The position numbers and the translations under genes were made by a program. Of a stretch of 64,000 nt of DNA, positions 29,002 through 40,341 are shown one piece after another. The number at the start of each line of letters is the position of its first letter. The stretch's first letter is position 1. Under the pieces are notes generated by a model that saw nothing but the letters and a program-made list of their open reading frames with translations, was not told where the DNA came from and did not search any database. The stretch is from a virus, in IMG/VR virus record IMGVR_UViG_3300017917_000405, positions 1 through 64,000 of that record; one strand, 5' to 3'.

Positions 29002-32000
29002 TATAATATCTCCCTTACAGAAATTGTCATCTTTGGACCATCTCCATCAATATTATATTGAATTCCAGTAACAGTATAGTTTTTATCAGAAATATTATTT
29101 CTTGGGCTGTAGACCTTTACTAGATCTGTAATTTCATGGAATGGATTTGGAAAAATATCAATATTTGCAATAGTTGAACGCTCTACTGAATTTTTCATGA
29201 TCCAGTTAAGAATTCTATTTGCATCAGATAGTCTTTGAACATATTCATTGTCTATCTTTATTGACTTTCTTCCATACTTTCTCCGTGACTCAAGAACGTT
29301 GTTTTTTAAATCTGAGTTATCATCTAGGTTATTTAAGAAAGTGTCTACTGATACCTTTTCGTTTGTTATGTCAAGTAGTGGGATACCGAAAACCTGTAAT
29401 CCATATGAAGTATCTGAACTCATTACTATAGGATATCCGCGATTGCTAGAGACAACAATGTATCCGCCGAATGAATCTGAATAAAAATCTTCGACTGTGT
29501 ATGCGCCAGTTATTCTTCCAAGATCTGCAAGAATTGTGCTAATAACTGGGAAGGCGTCATAGCGGAATTTTATCTTTTTCAATTGATAATAGTTTGATCC
29601 AAAGTTGTCAATGTCTACTGATCCGATGGCATTCTTAACAATATTATTTTCTATTTGAACGAGATCTTTGTCTGTACTATTTGCTGCAATTGCATCTGCA
29701 TATCCTTTAACTTGATTAAGGTATTCTGCATTATCTGCTGGTAAAACAACTGCACTAAACTTATCAAAGATTGCTCCAGTATCTCCACGGACATACAAGA
29801 AGGCTTTTTGTGTTTCTTGTAGTGGATCTTTATCAGATGCACTAAAAACATATTTATTATTATAGTAGACCTCAAAGTCTCCACGGGTCTTATTTACAAT
29901 TGATAGTTTTTGCATATTGCCAGTTTCTGCACTAAGCATTTTATCTAATGACATTCCTGCTTCTCTTGGCATTACTGGCTTATCTAAATCCTGATATCTA
30001 AGAATTTTAATTCTATTATTGTTTCCATAAACTTTATATAAAATAATACTTGTTGGTGCGCTGTCGTTTTTTTGATTCTTTAAGTCTGTGCAAAATTCAA
30101 GGTAGTATCCATTTCCATTACTTTCGTTAAAATCTATCGCAAGCCCAGCCGCCGCTGAATACCCAGTTAAAACATTTCCCAAACGCCCTCTTGATCTTAC
30201 GGTTGTAAATGTTGCAGAGTACATGTTTCTTTTTGCTGGTAGTGTTCTGCATATTCCCTGGAATACTAAGTCTCCAGCGTAACTCATTTGAAGGATATCC
30301 TCAAAGTTCTTATCGTCTGCTACATCGGCAAGGTCACTCTGCATGAGAGCATATGCGCTTCCAGCACTTCCAGTTGCTCCATCATCAAGGGCTTGTCCTT
30401 TTAGGCTTCCCTTTAGTGCAACTCCACCCCACTCAATCATTCCAATATTTTGTAAAGTCTTCTTTTCATGTGTACCGCTAATTTGGAATTTTACTCCATT
30501 TGGTGGATTAAATCCATATGCTGTAATAATCTTTTCTCTATATTTATCTGGCACTCCTTCTTGTGCGCCAGCAGAATGTCTAGATACCTCAGTATTAAAC
30601 ATTCCTCTTCCATCGCTTTTTACGGCATATGCCTTGGTCTGTGTCCATGATGAAAGCGATGAATTTTCTGGAAATCCTGTTGTATCAAATTCCATAAAGA
30701 TTCCCACATTTCCAGTTGGATGCGTAGAAACTCTTGGGCCAGACTCTTTAACAAAGTTTATATATTCTGCCTCAGAGAAGATCCATCTCTTTTGAGTTGT
30801 TGTTGCTCCAGTAGAGTCTACCGCTACCTTTTGGTACTCTATTCCATTATATTGAATAACCTCGTTATCTATTTTAAGAAATCCATTATATGGTCTAAGA
30901 GTTGCAGCAGCAATAAAACCAATACGAATAAACTTTACTTTTCCATCAATCGCGTTATTTGAAAGAACAACGCTTGAAAGATAGTTGTTTAGACTTGCGT
31001 AGCCAGAAGATCCGAATGCAGATCCAGTTGTTGACGCAGAGTATGAAGTAAGCCTAGTTTCATAGATGTCTTGTAGATATACTCCACCAGCCAAAACCTT
31101 TTCATTAGAGTCTTGATTACCACTTCTGTCAATGCTCCATACAGATTGAACAGCCAATGGGGATGAGAATCTTACTAGATCCTCTGGATTTATTACGCCA
31201 CTTTGTTGTTTAAGAACAGCAATTGCTGGTGAGTCTGGAGCAACATCCCTCTTCCTAATTGACTTTACTTTATATGAAACCTCGCCGTCATTTACTGGCT
31301 CAGTTACGTCTTTTGATACCGCCATAATATTGGATAGATATGATGGTTCGGAGTACGAGTATGATGAGTCTTCTGGTGAAGATGATCTTGTAACCTCTGT
31401 TACTTCTCCAGTTGAGGTGTTAACATTAATATCTTCTGTGGTGAGCCACCATGAAACTGTTGGATCTGTTCTATTAATAATTTTGTCTTTAGTTGCAATA
31501 ACTAAATATCCAAATGCGTCTATGTACATAGCGCTTTGAGTTGCCTCACAAATCTTATCAAGTACCTCTGCAGCGGTCTTTCCTTCTCCTGCATAAAAAT
31601 ACTGAATTGTTTCGTTATCTGTTCCTGCGTCCTTAAATTTAATATTTGTGTATCCAAGTGCGTGCATTACTGTTTGAACAGCAAACGATACTGGAGAGTC
31701 TGTAAATGTCTGATGAACTAGGAATGGTGGAATTGTTTGTGATTGCAACACCTTCATAAAGTCATATAGGTCTGCGGTAACGGTATATTCTCTATCCTCA
31801 TTCCAGTTTTCTGTATACATTTTCTTAATTGGAATCTGATAATTTCTTTCAGATGGTAGCCCTTCATCAAGTAGGAATGTTTGATAGGCAGAGATTTCTA
31901 TTCCCTTGCCAATTGCCCCATAAAGCATTGATAGCGGATTGTCATTAAAGAATCCACCGTCTGTATTTGATAGAGTAATTGAACCAGTACCCATAACGGT

Positions 32001-33119
32001 GTTTGCAGTTGGCAAGCCAGTAGTTTGATCTCCAATAGTAGTTGAAGCATTATAACTTTCTACATAATCAGTAAGGTCTACTGCAAGCCGTGGAGATAGT
32101 TCAATGAGTTCAAATGGTATCCCAGAGGCAGTCATTGTGTCTACTCTAAGACGAATTCCAATAATTTTATCTGCTTCCTGTTGGAATTCAGATAGTGAAC
32201 TTTCACCAGTTGCCTTGTCAAACTTGGTTTGTCCTTCTACCAAGAAGTCTGCTAGTTGTGTTGGGTATTCATATCCCTCCAGCACACTCCATGAACCAAC
32301 GCCGCTTGAGTTTGGAGATCCAGTCTGACGGTAAATCCTTAGTTCTCCATCACTATTCTTTGCTGGAATATTTGTTTTTCCTGTGCTGTCAAAAATGTTT
32401 ATCCAGTTATATGCTGTTCCATTCTTTTTTAGAACATCAATATAGAATCTTGATGGAACGCCAAGGTGTGTTTGATATTTAACTGTAATGACATTACACC
32501 AAAATTCTTGAGAGTATACGGCGAATGGGTACGGCCTTCCAATAGTTGCACCATTTATGTCTGTGGTGATAAAACTATTATCTGATGCCGTTGTACCTGG
32601 CACTACCCCATTTACTTCGCCGTATGTCGCAGAACACCAATATTTATAAACCATATCCTCGCCAGCAAGATATGGCTTAACCGTAGGTGATGCGGAGCCT
32701 CCAGGAATATTGTCAAGTTCGTTGACACTAGGAAGATAATCTACAATATTTCCGTTGCCTCCAGAGAATAAATATGCAACACCTGCAGTTGGTCTAAATT
32801 GGCTAAAGCAATCGTATAAAGAGTAATACTTATCTATAGTTAAGTTACTCTTTTCAAGAGTTTGAATGTCTGTTGGAGCAGCAAACTCATCGTCAATAAC
32901 GGTGTCATAAAATACTTTATTTCTTCCATCGACATAGTTGTTGTCTTTTATGTACGTCGGAGAACTTGATCTATAAACACCAAATTCTGATATATCTAAA
33001 ATTGAATTATAATTCCACTCGCCAATAATTCTGTGCGATGATTTTACTGAGTATGACTTTTTTAATAAATTATTAAGAGTTGTTGTATCTCCAGAAACAA
33101 CTTCTGCAATTTCAATCAT
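29001..33119 (-). CDS. Large minor tail/baseplate hub protein
   Basis: 1372 aa downstream of the tape measure; hub-type C-terminus (NPFHEITDLV...YTVTGIQY). Confidence 0.8.
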   Translation of the reverse strand: MIEIAEVVSGDTTTLNNLLKKSYSVKSSHRIIGEWNYNSILDISEFGVYRSSSPTYIKDNNYVDGRNKVFYDTVIDDEFAAPTDIQTLEKSNLTIDKYYSLYDCFSQFRPTAGVAYLFSGGNGNIVDYLPSVNELDNIPGGSASPTVKPYLAGEDMVYKYWCSATYGEVNGVVPGTTASDNSFITTDINGATIGRPYPFAVYSQEFWCNVITVKYQTHLGVPSRFYIDVLKKNGTAYNWINIFDSTGKTNIPAKNSDGELRIYRQTGSPNSSGVGSWSVLEGYEYPTQLADFLVEGQTKFDKATGESSLSEFQQEADKIIGIRLRVDTMTASGIPFELIELSPRLAVDLTDYVESYNASTTIGDQTTGLPTANTVMGTGSITLSNTDGGFFNDNPLSMLYGAIGKGIEISAYQTFLLDEGLPSERNYQIPIKKMYTENWNEDREYTVTADLYDFMKVLQSQTIPPFLVHQTFTDSPVSFAVQTVMHALGYTNIKFKDAGTDNETIQYFYAGEGKTAAEVLDKICEATQSAMYIDAFGYLVIATKDKIINRTDPTVSWWLTTEDINVNTSTGEVTEVTRSSSPEDSSYSYSEPSYLSNIMAVSKDVTEPVNDGEVSYKVKSIRKRDVAPDSPAIAVLKQQSGVINPEDLVRFSSPLAVQSVWSIDRSGNQDSNEKVLAGGVYLQDIYETRLTSYSASTTGSAFGSSGYASLNNYLSSVVLSNNAIDGKVKFIRIGFIAAATLRPYNGFLKIDNEVIQYNGIEYQKVAVDSTGATTTQKRWIFSEAEYINFVKESGPRVSTHPTGNVGIFMEFDTTGFPENSSLSSWTQTKAYAVKSDGRGMFNTEVSRHSAGAQEGVPDKYREKIITAYGFNPPNGVKFQISGTHEKKTLQNIGMIEWGGVALKGSLKGQALDDGATGSAGSAYALMQSDLADVADDKNFEDILQMSYAGDLVFQGICRTLPAKRNMYSATFTTVRSRGRLGNVLTGYSAAAGLAIDFNESNGNGYYLEFCTDLKNQKNDSAPTSIILYKVYGNNNRIKILRYQDLDKPVMPREAGMSLDKMLSAETGNMQKLSIVNKTRGDFEVYYNNKYVFSASDKDPLQETQKAFLYVRGDTGAIFDKFSAVVLPADNAEYLNQVKGYADAIAANSTDKDLVQIENNIVKNAIGSVDIDNFGSNYYQLKKIKFRYDAFPVISTILADLGRITGAYTVEDFYSDSFGGYIVVSSNRGYPIVMSSDTSYGLQVFGIPLLDITNEKVSVDTFLNNLDDNSDLKNNVLESRRKYGRKSIKIDNEYVQRLSDANRILNWIMKNSVERSTIANIDIFPNPFHEITDLVKVYSPRNNISDKNYTVTGIQYNIDGDGPKMTISVREIL

Positions 33120-33679
33120 GCTTCCACCAACGACATTGATACTGACCAGAGATCATTATACTGACCGCGCTTAATTACTGAATATGAAAAGTCCTGAAAG
33201 AATACTGGAACAACTTCCGATGCTCTTGTGAGTTTCTGATATCTATCATTACCAGTTCCCATTGCGTGAACGCGGTCGTAACAAAGAATAAGGTAGAACT
33301 CTCCAGTATGATCTTCATACCATTCAAGCATGTCATCTGCTGCTAAGTAGTTTGGATTAACCTCTGTTGATCCGTTATAGTATCTTTCTGAAATAAAGTC
33401 TAGTGATGTTGTGTTTGGATTAATGGCCCTTGATGGAATGCTTGACCAATCTAGTGAATATGTATTCTTATCTGCAATATGATAAGAACGCATTCTTCCA
33501 TTAATCATTCTTTGACGATACTCAATTCTTTCTGGACTAATCTCAATAGGCGATCTGTTGTCGTCGGTGAGATATTTAAAATCTCCTGTTAAGTCTGTAC
33601 CACTCAAAACTGGTGGCTCTGCACAAAATGCGGCTATTGCTGGACGAATATACTTCTTCTCTGCACCATAATTAGCCAT
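33116..33679 (-). CDS. Distal-tail-like minor tail protein
   Basis: First gene after the tape measure; RQRMINGRMRSY...WSVSMSLVEA. Confidence 0.7.
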   Translation of the reverse strand: MANYGAEKKYIRPAIAAFCAEPPVLSGTDLTGDFKYLTDDNRSPIEISPERIEYRQRMINGRMRSYHIADKNTYSLDWSSIPSRAINPNTTSLDFISERYYNGSTEVNPNYLAADDMLEWYEDHTGEFYLILCYDRVHAMGTGNDRYQKLTRASEVVPVFFQDFSYSVIKRGQYNDLWSVSMSLVEA

Positions 33680-36600
33680 TATCTCTTCAAACTCCTAGCG
33701 TTTTCGCGTTGGCGAGCCTTTGCAAAAACCTTATTAGCAATTTCGTCTGCGCCTGCATTTGTACCATTGACAGTAACATTAATATTATACACCGCGCCAG
33801 AGCCTGATCCAGAAACATTTGCGCTTGGAGCAGATGGAGCAGTAAATGCTGGTCCGATCTGACCGCCCATTGCAAATCCTGGCATTTTTCCACGCTGATT
33901 CATGTAGTCAAGTGTATTTGTTCCTAATGACGCGGCGCTTGAAGCCTTAATGACATACTCGCCATTTGAAAGCATTGCTGGAATCGAATCTGAGGTTCCG
34001 CTACCGCGACCAGAAACCCTTCCTCCAACTGCAAATCCGATAGAGAATGGACTTCCTTGCCCTGGCGCATCTCCTCCTTCGCCACCACCAGTAATTGGAA
34101 GATATGCTGGAATGTCTTTTCCTGCCATGGGCCAATTTGGACGGCGTGCTCCTAGGTAGTACTTCTTATACCAACCGTCTGTCCAAGGGGAAACTTGAAC
34201 GCCTCCACCAGTTGAGTGAAGAATTCTATTGTTTCCATAGTAGAATCCAACGTGGTTAGGTTGTCCAGGTGAACGTGCTAGTCTTCCACTAAGGGTTGGA
34301 TCTCCCCAGAAAAGAAGGTCTCCAACCTGTAGTTGTTGTCCAGGCTTAATAGTTCCAAATTTAGAGTCTGCCATTTGTGATGGAGAGTATGCTGCAGTTT
34401 TAATTCCAGCCTTTGAAAGTACATATGATGTAAATCCAGAGCAGTCAAATCCTTTTAGTGGGTCGCTACTGCCTGCAATATATGGAAGTGGATCAAGTTT
34501 ATCAAACATTGACTTAAGGAATGATGAAATTGATGAGGCTCCTTCTTTACCAAGTATTGGGAAGTTTGCCTCTATTCCCTTTGCATCAATATTAGACCTA
34601 TTGATTCTTCTTGCAAAGTTGCCTGCAGCAGACCCAAAGAATGAATAGAATGGGTTGCTAGTTGCAAGGCCACCGTTTGCGAATCTTGGCATTCTACTAT
34701 TTGGAGTAATCATTCCACTTTGGAATGGTTGGAAATATTCTGGACCTCTTTCTCCAACTATATATCCTTGACCTCTTGCAACATATCCACCAGATGCTCT
34801 TGCTCCATAACGATTTGCAAGCATTCTTTCTTCTTCTTTGCTATAGGCATTCATTGTTTGTGCTGAAGAAATTCTTCTAAATTCACTTCGTAATACACGC
34901 TCTGCCACGTCTTTATCAATTCCTAGCGTGTCTGCCATTTGTTGGAATATCGCATCAAGGAGTTTTCCATATTCTGTTGTGAGAGAGTTTCCTACTGTTT
35001 GCATAGCAGACGCAAGTTGAGTCTTAAGACTATCAAATCCTGGTCCAAGGGCATCTCCTGCTTTAATCAAAGCGTCTTGAATTGACTTAGAGAATTGTTT
35101 TTGTTCTTCTTCTGTAATCATGCCGTCTTGCATAATCTGATCAAAGAGTTTTTGTGGTCCAGAAAGAATGTCGTTAATTTGAGCCTTTCTTCTTTCTAGA
35201 TTAAAGATTTGCTTTTCAATTGCTTTCTGTGATGCCTTAACGCCATCTTGAATTGACTGTGAAAGTTTATCATTTGCATCGATCTGATCCTGAATAGCCT
35301 TGACCCGAGCGTCTGACTCTTCTTGAATTGCTTTCTTTCTATCTTCTAGAGCCTGAATTGCAAGGTCTTTATTTCTCTGCTCAGACTCTGCAGCCATTTG
35401 TGATTGAGCAGTAATGAATCCTGCAATATCGCCTTGAGCAAGAGCGCTTAGCGCTCCAATTCCTCTTTGACGTTGCTGCTCATCAAAACTTGCCTGTTCT
35501 TTTGCCTTTTGTAATGATTCAATTTGTTTATCAATAAGTTTAGTGCGAGCGTCTGTATTCTCCTGAATATCTTTTTGCTGTTCTTGAAGGGCATCATTTT
35601 CTTTAGCAATAGCATCTGCAGATTCTTGTGCATTCTCTTGGACAGCCTTTGATTGCTCATTTAGTTTAGTAATTCTACTATCTATACCTTGAGTTACCAT
35701 GCCCTGAACTTGCTGTAATTCTTGAAGTTCTGTTTTTGCAAGTTGTCCATAAGCATTTGCTAGATTAGATATTTCTAATGCAGCCATGTTTGAAGCAGTA
35801 GCATTCTTAATAATGAAAAGTTCTGTTTCACTTAATCCGTCTGCTGCCATTTTTGCAATTCCAGGAACGCTCATTAGAGTTGCATTAAAGACAGTCATTG
35901 CTTGTTCTGCTGTTTCAGACTTTGAAGCAAGGTTTGTAAATACTTGAATAGTTGCTGGATCTGCACCAATTGAAACTAGTTGTGCTTGCATCTCTGTTGA
36001 TGCTGCCTGAAGTTTTCTGAATCGCTCATCATTATCTGTAACAGCAACAATTGAATCTACTAGAGAATTCATTCCCTGAATAGCAAGAGATGGATCTGTG
36101 GCAAATGCACCCATAATATTTTTAATTGCTGGAGCAATAAGTTCTTCTGAATATGTTGCAGACTTTCTTAAAGAATTCATTTCTTGTGTCAGTCTTTCTG
36201 ACTGATTTGCAAGATCGCCATATACTTTTACATCTTGTGCAAACTGATCTGTTGGAAGACCTTCTTTAACTGCTTTTCTATATTCTTCTGCAGCAGTTGT
36301 AAATCCAAAGATATCAAAGCCCTCTTTGCCCTTGATAATTTCCTGCATCTTGCTGCTAACTTGACTTTCTTGTTTTTGAAGTTCTCCAATAATATTTGGA
36401 ATGTTAGCCTGCGCTTTAATATATTCTTCCTGGGCCTTCATTGCTTGTTCTGGAGTATTTATTCCAGTAAGTTCTGCCTTGATTGATAGAACAACCTCAG
36501 TTTTTTGTGCTTGACGAGCAATCTCTTCAACAATTGCCTTTGCCTGATCTGGTCCAAAACCTCTCATAATCATTGATGAATATGCAGCAACTAATTCATT

Positions 36601-39600
36601 TCCAGCGGTTTCTGTTCCCAGAACTTTAAGTTTTTCAATAAGCGTTTGATAGTCTTCTGTTACCTGAGACTTCATTTGATCGGATAGCGTTACAGCATTC
36701 TGAACCGAGGTATCTCCTCTTAAGGCATCAAGCGATGCCTTTATTCTATCTACACCTTCTGCTGCACTCTTTGCCTCTATGCCAAATGATTCTGCAAGTT
36801 TTTGTGATGTTTCTAGAGCAGCCCTAGTTGAAGCCTTGGCATTTTCAACGGACTCTTGATATTTACCCCACGCAATAACTGCTGCTGTAATTCCTAGGCC
36901 TACTGCAATACCGACTGGACCGCCAAGCATACTGATGAATCTTCCTCCAGTAAGCAATGCTGAAGATCCTACCCTTGCCCCAAGACCAATCCTAGATGCA
37001 TTTGCAGCAGTTTTAGATGCTGCTAATGCTTGTGTTGGATTCATTATTCCATATTGTGAAGATCTTGCTGCTAGTCCTGCAGCAGCAGCCTTAGACTGAC
37101 CACTAAGAAAAACGTTTCTTCCGCCTCTTTGAAGTGCATTTCCTGCTGCTTTAAGGCCAAGGAAGCCTCTTCCAGCGCCCCCAAGTCTCGGCATTCCACT
37201 CATGAGTTGCATTGCCATGCCAGCCATAGAAGCAGCGGCAGCGAGCATTGTAAGTTTATCTGTTGCCTCTGCCATTCCATCATTCATCTGACCAAGCATT
37301 GGAAGTGCCATCATAGCCATGAATCCAGCATTCATCATTGTTCCGCTACGGCGCATCATTCCTTGCTTTAGAGATGAAACTCTTCCATTTTTATCAACAT
37401 ATGCTCCATTGTCTGCAAGATATGCCTGAGGAATCATTGTCTCTGCTGTTCCTCGTCCGACTGCTATTGGAGTAGTTCCCTCTGGAATTCCTGCTAGTTT
37501 TTTTCTAGTCTTTCGATCTAAAACATCCATTCCAGTAATACTTCCAGTTGTTGCATGAAGAGGAACCGCTGGATTTCTTACTCCTGCACTTGAAGATGTT
37601 TCTTTTGAAACTCCATATTCAATAAGTGGCCTGTCACCGACTATTGTTGTCCTTGCTCTTTCATATAGAGCATCCCTTATTGCCCCTGGATCTTTTGCAG
37701 CATATATTCTTTGAAAAATATCTTCTGCAGCAGCGCGAGCATACTTTTCTTTATCATATACTGATCCAAATAGAGAATTTGGTAATAATGTAAGTTCTGT
37801 TAGTGCTGCTCTTTGTGCAAGCCTTCTTTGATATGTAGCATTTCTTCCTTCTTTATTTGGTGTTTGTTGTACAACAGCCTTAATTTCTCTTTTAAGATAT
37901 TCTGCTGCTGGACCTGGCTTTACTTTCTTTTCTGCGGCATCATCTAGCATTTTTCTATATGCGCCTGTTAGTTCATCAAAGGTTACTGGTCCTTTTATTC
38001 CAAGTGTTTTATACATTTGGTTAAGATCTTGTGACTCTGCCTGTGAAATTCCAGCAAATGGTTTTCTTTCTCCTAATTTAAAGTCTGGTCCAGCAAAGTG
38101 GGAGCGTGCCCAATAATCTTCTTTTGCACCAGGAATTGTGCGTGGATCAAAAAATAGATCTTTAGAAAATCCAAGTCTATTTGGATCAAATGGCGTAACA
38201 AAATCTCCATCTACATATCCACGAACACTACCACTATTTATTGATCGTAGAAGAGGCGCATATTTCTTTGCTTGTTCTTTCCTAACAACAAACTCGCCTG
38301 GTTCAAGTAGTGCTGGAACAATATCTCCGCCACCGTATCCAGAAATTCCACCGCCGTTAGCCTTTTTAATTCTTGGAACTGGTGGAATTGTTGCGCCCTT
38401 TGTAATAAAGTTTGGATTTTGTGCAGCAATTTGACCAAGCCTTCTTTGATATTGAGCAAGAAGGGTATTAAGTTCTGACAATGAAGTCTTTTGTCTATCA
38501 AAACTATTTGATAGAATATCTGTTGCTTGAGCAGCAGCAACCTGCTCTGCGTCAAGTAGTTCAAATTTTTCTGTTGGTAGGCCGAGTATTTTTCTTGAAA
38601 GGTTAACTATTCCCATGACACCCTTTTGAGTATATCCAAGGAAGTTACCCATAATACCAGCCATCATAATAAGTGGACCAGCGACTGCTACTAGCGTCCC
38701 TATAAGTTTAATTCCGCTTTTAAGTCCTTCTGGCATATTATTAAAAGCATCTGTAATTGTAGTTATTGCATCTGCGCCTTTTTGAAGAACTGGAATAAGC
38801 ATATTAGTTAGAATTTCTCCAACTGGAAGCAAGGCAACCTTAATGCTTTCCATTGCTCTTTGCCATCTCATTGATGCAGACTCTGTAAGAGTCTTAATTT
38901 CGCTATTTGCAATGTCAGCAAGGTCTTTTGACGACTTGCCCATGAGTTCAAAAACTTTTTCTGTTTGAGATCCAGACTTTCCAATATTATCGAATAGGGC
39001 AGAGATTCTTGCAAACTGGTATTTGCCAAAAATTTCTTCAATAATTTGTGCTCTGCCAAATGAATCAATCTTTTCTAAAGCACCTTGTAGGCTTTGTAGC
39101 GTTGGCATAAGTTGTCCACGATTAGCAGCAACAATTCCTTCTAGGTCTACTCCAAACTTCTTGGCAACATCAGAGGCCTTCTGTGTTGGGTTAATCATTG
39201 ATGCCAGACCAGACTTAATTGCGTTTGCTGCTTCTGCTGCAGGAATACCACCCTCGCGCATAGCGGTAAGCATTGCTGCAAGATCTTTAATATCTCCGCC
39301 AAGTGCGCGTACTACTGGTCCAGCCTTTGGAATTGCTGTTGTAAGGTCATCAAGGCTGGTTGTAGTTTGGTTTTCTACTGCGTTAAGGAAGTTAATTGAG
39401 TCAGCGAGTTCTTCTGTGTTTAGTTTAAATGCTGATTGAATAGATAGTGTTGCTTGCATTGCCTGTTGGCGATCAACTTCACCAAGAACTGCAAGCCTTG
39501 TTGTCTGTGATACGGAATCAATTAATTTCTGACCCTCTAGGCCAGTTGCAGCCAAATCTGCTGCAAGTGCTGCCGTTTCTTTAGCAGCAATTCCGTAGTT

Positions 39601-40341
39601 CTGTGCAAAAGCAGTTGCAACTTCTTCTACCTGCTGTCTAATCTTTGCAGTAGCCTGTGCATTTGATGTAACAAGATCTGATCCATAAACCTTTTGAAGC
39701 CTAGTAAGTTCTTTATCAACATCGCGGAAGGCCTTTGATGCAGTTGCAGCAAAAATTGTAAGTGGAACAGTAAGACCAACAGTTAACTGACGACCAGCCC
39801 ATTGAGTATTTTTACCCCAGTCAATAAGTTTCTGTGCTCCACCCTGCACAAGAGCATTAAAAATTGACCATTGCTTTGAGGCCAATTGCATTTTTGTTGT
39901 AACGTTATCATCAATCCACTTTGGAGTGATAACCATTCCCTGACCTCTGCCACCCTGACCACCAAGACCGATAGTAGTAGACTGCATAAGTTTAACTTGC
40001 TCATAAGCCAGTCTCTTAGCCAAAGATGCTTGTTTGGTATATGCTCTTCCTGCTTCTCTGTAATATTCTCTAAGAGTAAGTTTATTTCTAGCGAGTGCTT
40101 TACCAAATTGATCTGTTGCAGTAGCAAGTTCTACAAACGATGTTCTATATCCACCAATTGTTCCTAAAGATGCAACAAAATCTTTTGTTGCCGCCATTTT
40201 TGCACGTTGAGCAGCAACGCTCATGCTATTAAATGCAGCAGCAGTTAGATTAACATTTTTTGATAATACTCTTAGTGATGAGTTAGCATTAGTAAAGTCT
40301 GCATCTAGCGAAAGCCTAGTCTTAATATTTGCGTCTGCCAT
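33679..40341 (-). CDS. Tape measure protein with NlpC/P60 peptidase domain
   Basis: TP901-type TMP core, coiled coils; FDCSGF...HVG.Y.G...H at about 34140-34490. Confidence 0.93.
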   Translation of the reverse strand: MADANIKTRLSLDADFTNANSSLRVLSKNVNLTAAAFNSMSVAAQRAKMAATKDFVASLGTIGGYRTSFVELATATDQFGKALARNKLTLREYYREAGRAYTKQASLAKRLAYEQVKLMQSTTIGLGGQGGRGQGMVITPKWIDDNVTTKMQLASKQWSIFNALVQGGAQKLIDWGKNTQWAGRQLTVGLTVPLTIFAATASKAFRDVDKELTRLQKVYGSDLVTSNAQATAKIRQQVEEVATAFAQNYGIAAKETAALAADLAATGLEGQKLIDSVSQTTRLAVLGEVDRQQAMQATLSIQSAFKLNTEELADSINFLNAVENQTTTSLDDLTTAIPKAGPVVRALGGDIKDLAAMLTAMREGGIPAAEAANAIKSGLASMINPTQKASDVAKKFGVDLEGIVAANRGQLMPTLQSLQGALEKIDSFGRAQIIEEIFGKYQFARISALFDNIGKSGSQTEKVFELMGKSSKDLADIANSEIKTLTESASMRWQRAMESIKVALLPVGEILTNMLIPVLQKGADAITTITDAFNNMPEGLKSGIKLIGTLVAVAGPLIMMAGIMGNFLGYTQKGVMGIVNLSRKILGLPTEKFELLDAEQVAAAQATDILSNSFDRQKTSLSELNTLLAQYQRRLGQIAAQNPNFITKGATIPPVPRIKKANGGGISGYGGGDIVPALLEPGEFVVRKEQAKKYAPLLRSINSGSVRGYVDGDFVTPFDPNRLGFSKDLFFDPRTIPGAKEDYWARSHFAGPDFKLGERKPFAGISQAESQDLNQMYKTLGIKGPVTFDELTGAYRKMLDDAAEKKVKPGPAAEYLKREIKAVVQQTPNKEGRNATYQRRLAQRAALTELTLLPNSLFGSVYDKEKYARAAAEDIFQRIYAAKDPGAIRDALYERARTTIVGDRPLIEYGVSKETSSSAGVRNPAVPLHATTGSITGMDVLDRKTRKKLAGIPEGTTPIAVGRGTAETMIPQAYLADNGAYVDKNGRVSSLKQGMMRRSGTMMNAGFMAMMALPMLGQMNDGMAEATDKLTMLAAAASMAGMAMQLMSGMPRLGGAGRGFLGLKAAGNALQRGGRNVFLSGQSKAAAAGLAARSSQYGIMNPTQALAASKTAANASRIGLGARVGSSALLTGGRFISMLGGPVGIAVGLGITAAVIAWGKYQESVENAKASTRAALETSQKLAESFGIEAKSAAEGVDRIKASLDALRGDTSVQNAVTLSDQMKSQVTEDYQTLIEKLKVLGTETAGNELVAAYSSMIMRGFGPDQAKAIVEEIARQAQKTEVVLSIKAELTGINTPEQAMKAQEEYIKAQANIPNIIGELQKQESQVSSKMQEIIKGKEGFDIFGFTTAAEEYRKAVKEGLPTDQFAQDVKVYGDLANQSERLTQEMNSLRKSATYSEELIAPAIKNIMGAFATDPSLAIQGMNSLVDSIVAVTDNDERFRKLQAASTEMQAQLVSIGADPATIQVFTNLASKSETAEQAMTVFNATLMSVPGIAKMAADGLSETELFIIKNATASNMAALEISNLANAYGQLAKTELQELQQVQGMVTQGIDSRITKLNEQSKAVQENAQESADAIAKENDALQEQQKDIQENTDARTKLIDKQIESLQKAKEQASFDEQQRQRGIGALSALAQGDIAGFITAQSQMAAESEQRNKDLAIQALEDRKKAIQEESDARVKAIQDQIDANDKLSQSIQDGVKASQKAIEKQIFNLERRKAQINDILSGPQKLFDQIMQDGMITEEEQKQFSKSIQDALIKAGDALGPGFDSLKTQLASAMQTVGNSLTTEYGKLLDAIFQQMADTLGIDKDVAERVLRSEFRRISSAQTMNAYSKEEERMLANRYGARASGGYVARGQGYIVGERGPEYFQPFQSGMITPNSRMPRFANGGLATSNPFYSFFGSAAGNFARRINRSNIDAKGIEANFPILGKEGASSISSFLKSMFDKLDPLPYIAGSSDPLKGFDCSGFTSYVLSKAGIKTAAYSPSQMADSKFGTIKPGQQLQVGDLLFWGDPTLSGRLARSPGQPNHVGFYYGNNRILHSTGGGVQVSPWTDGWYKKYYLGARRPNWPMAGKDIPAYLPITGGGEGGDAPGQGSPFSIGFAVGGRVSGRGSGTSDSIPAMLSNGEYVIKASSAASLGTNTLDYMNQRGKMPGFAMGGQIGPAFTAPSAPSANVSGSGSGAVYNINVTVNGTNAGADEIANKVFAKARQRENARSLKR

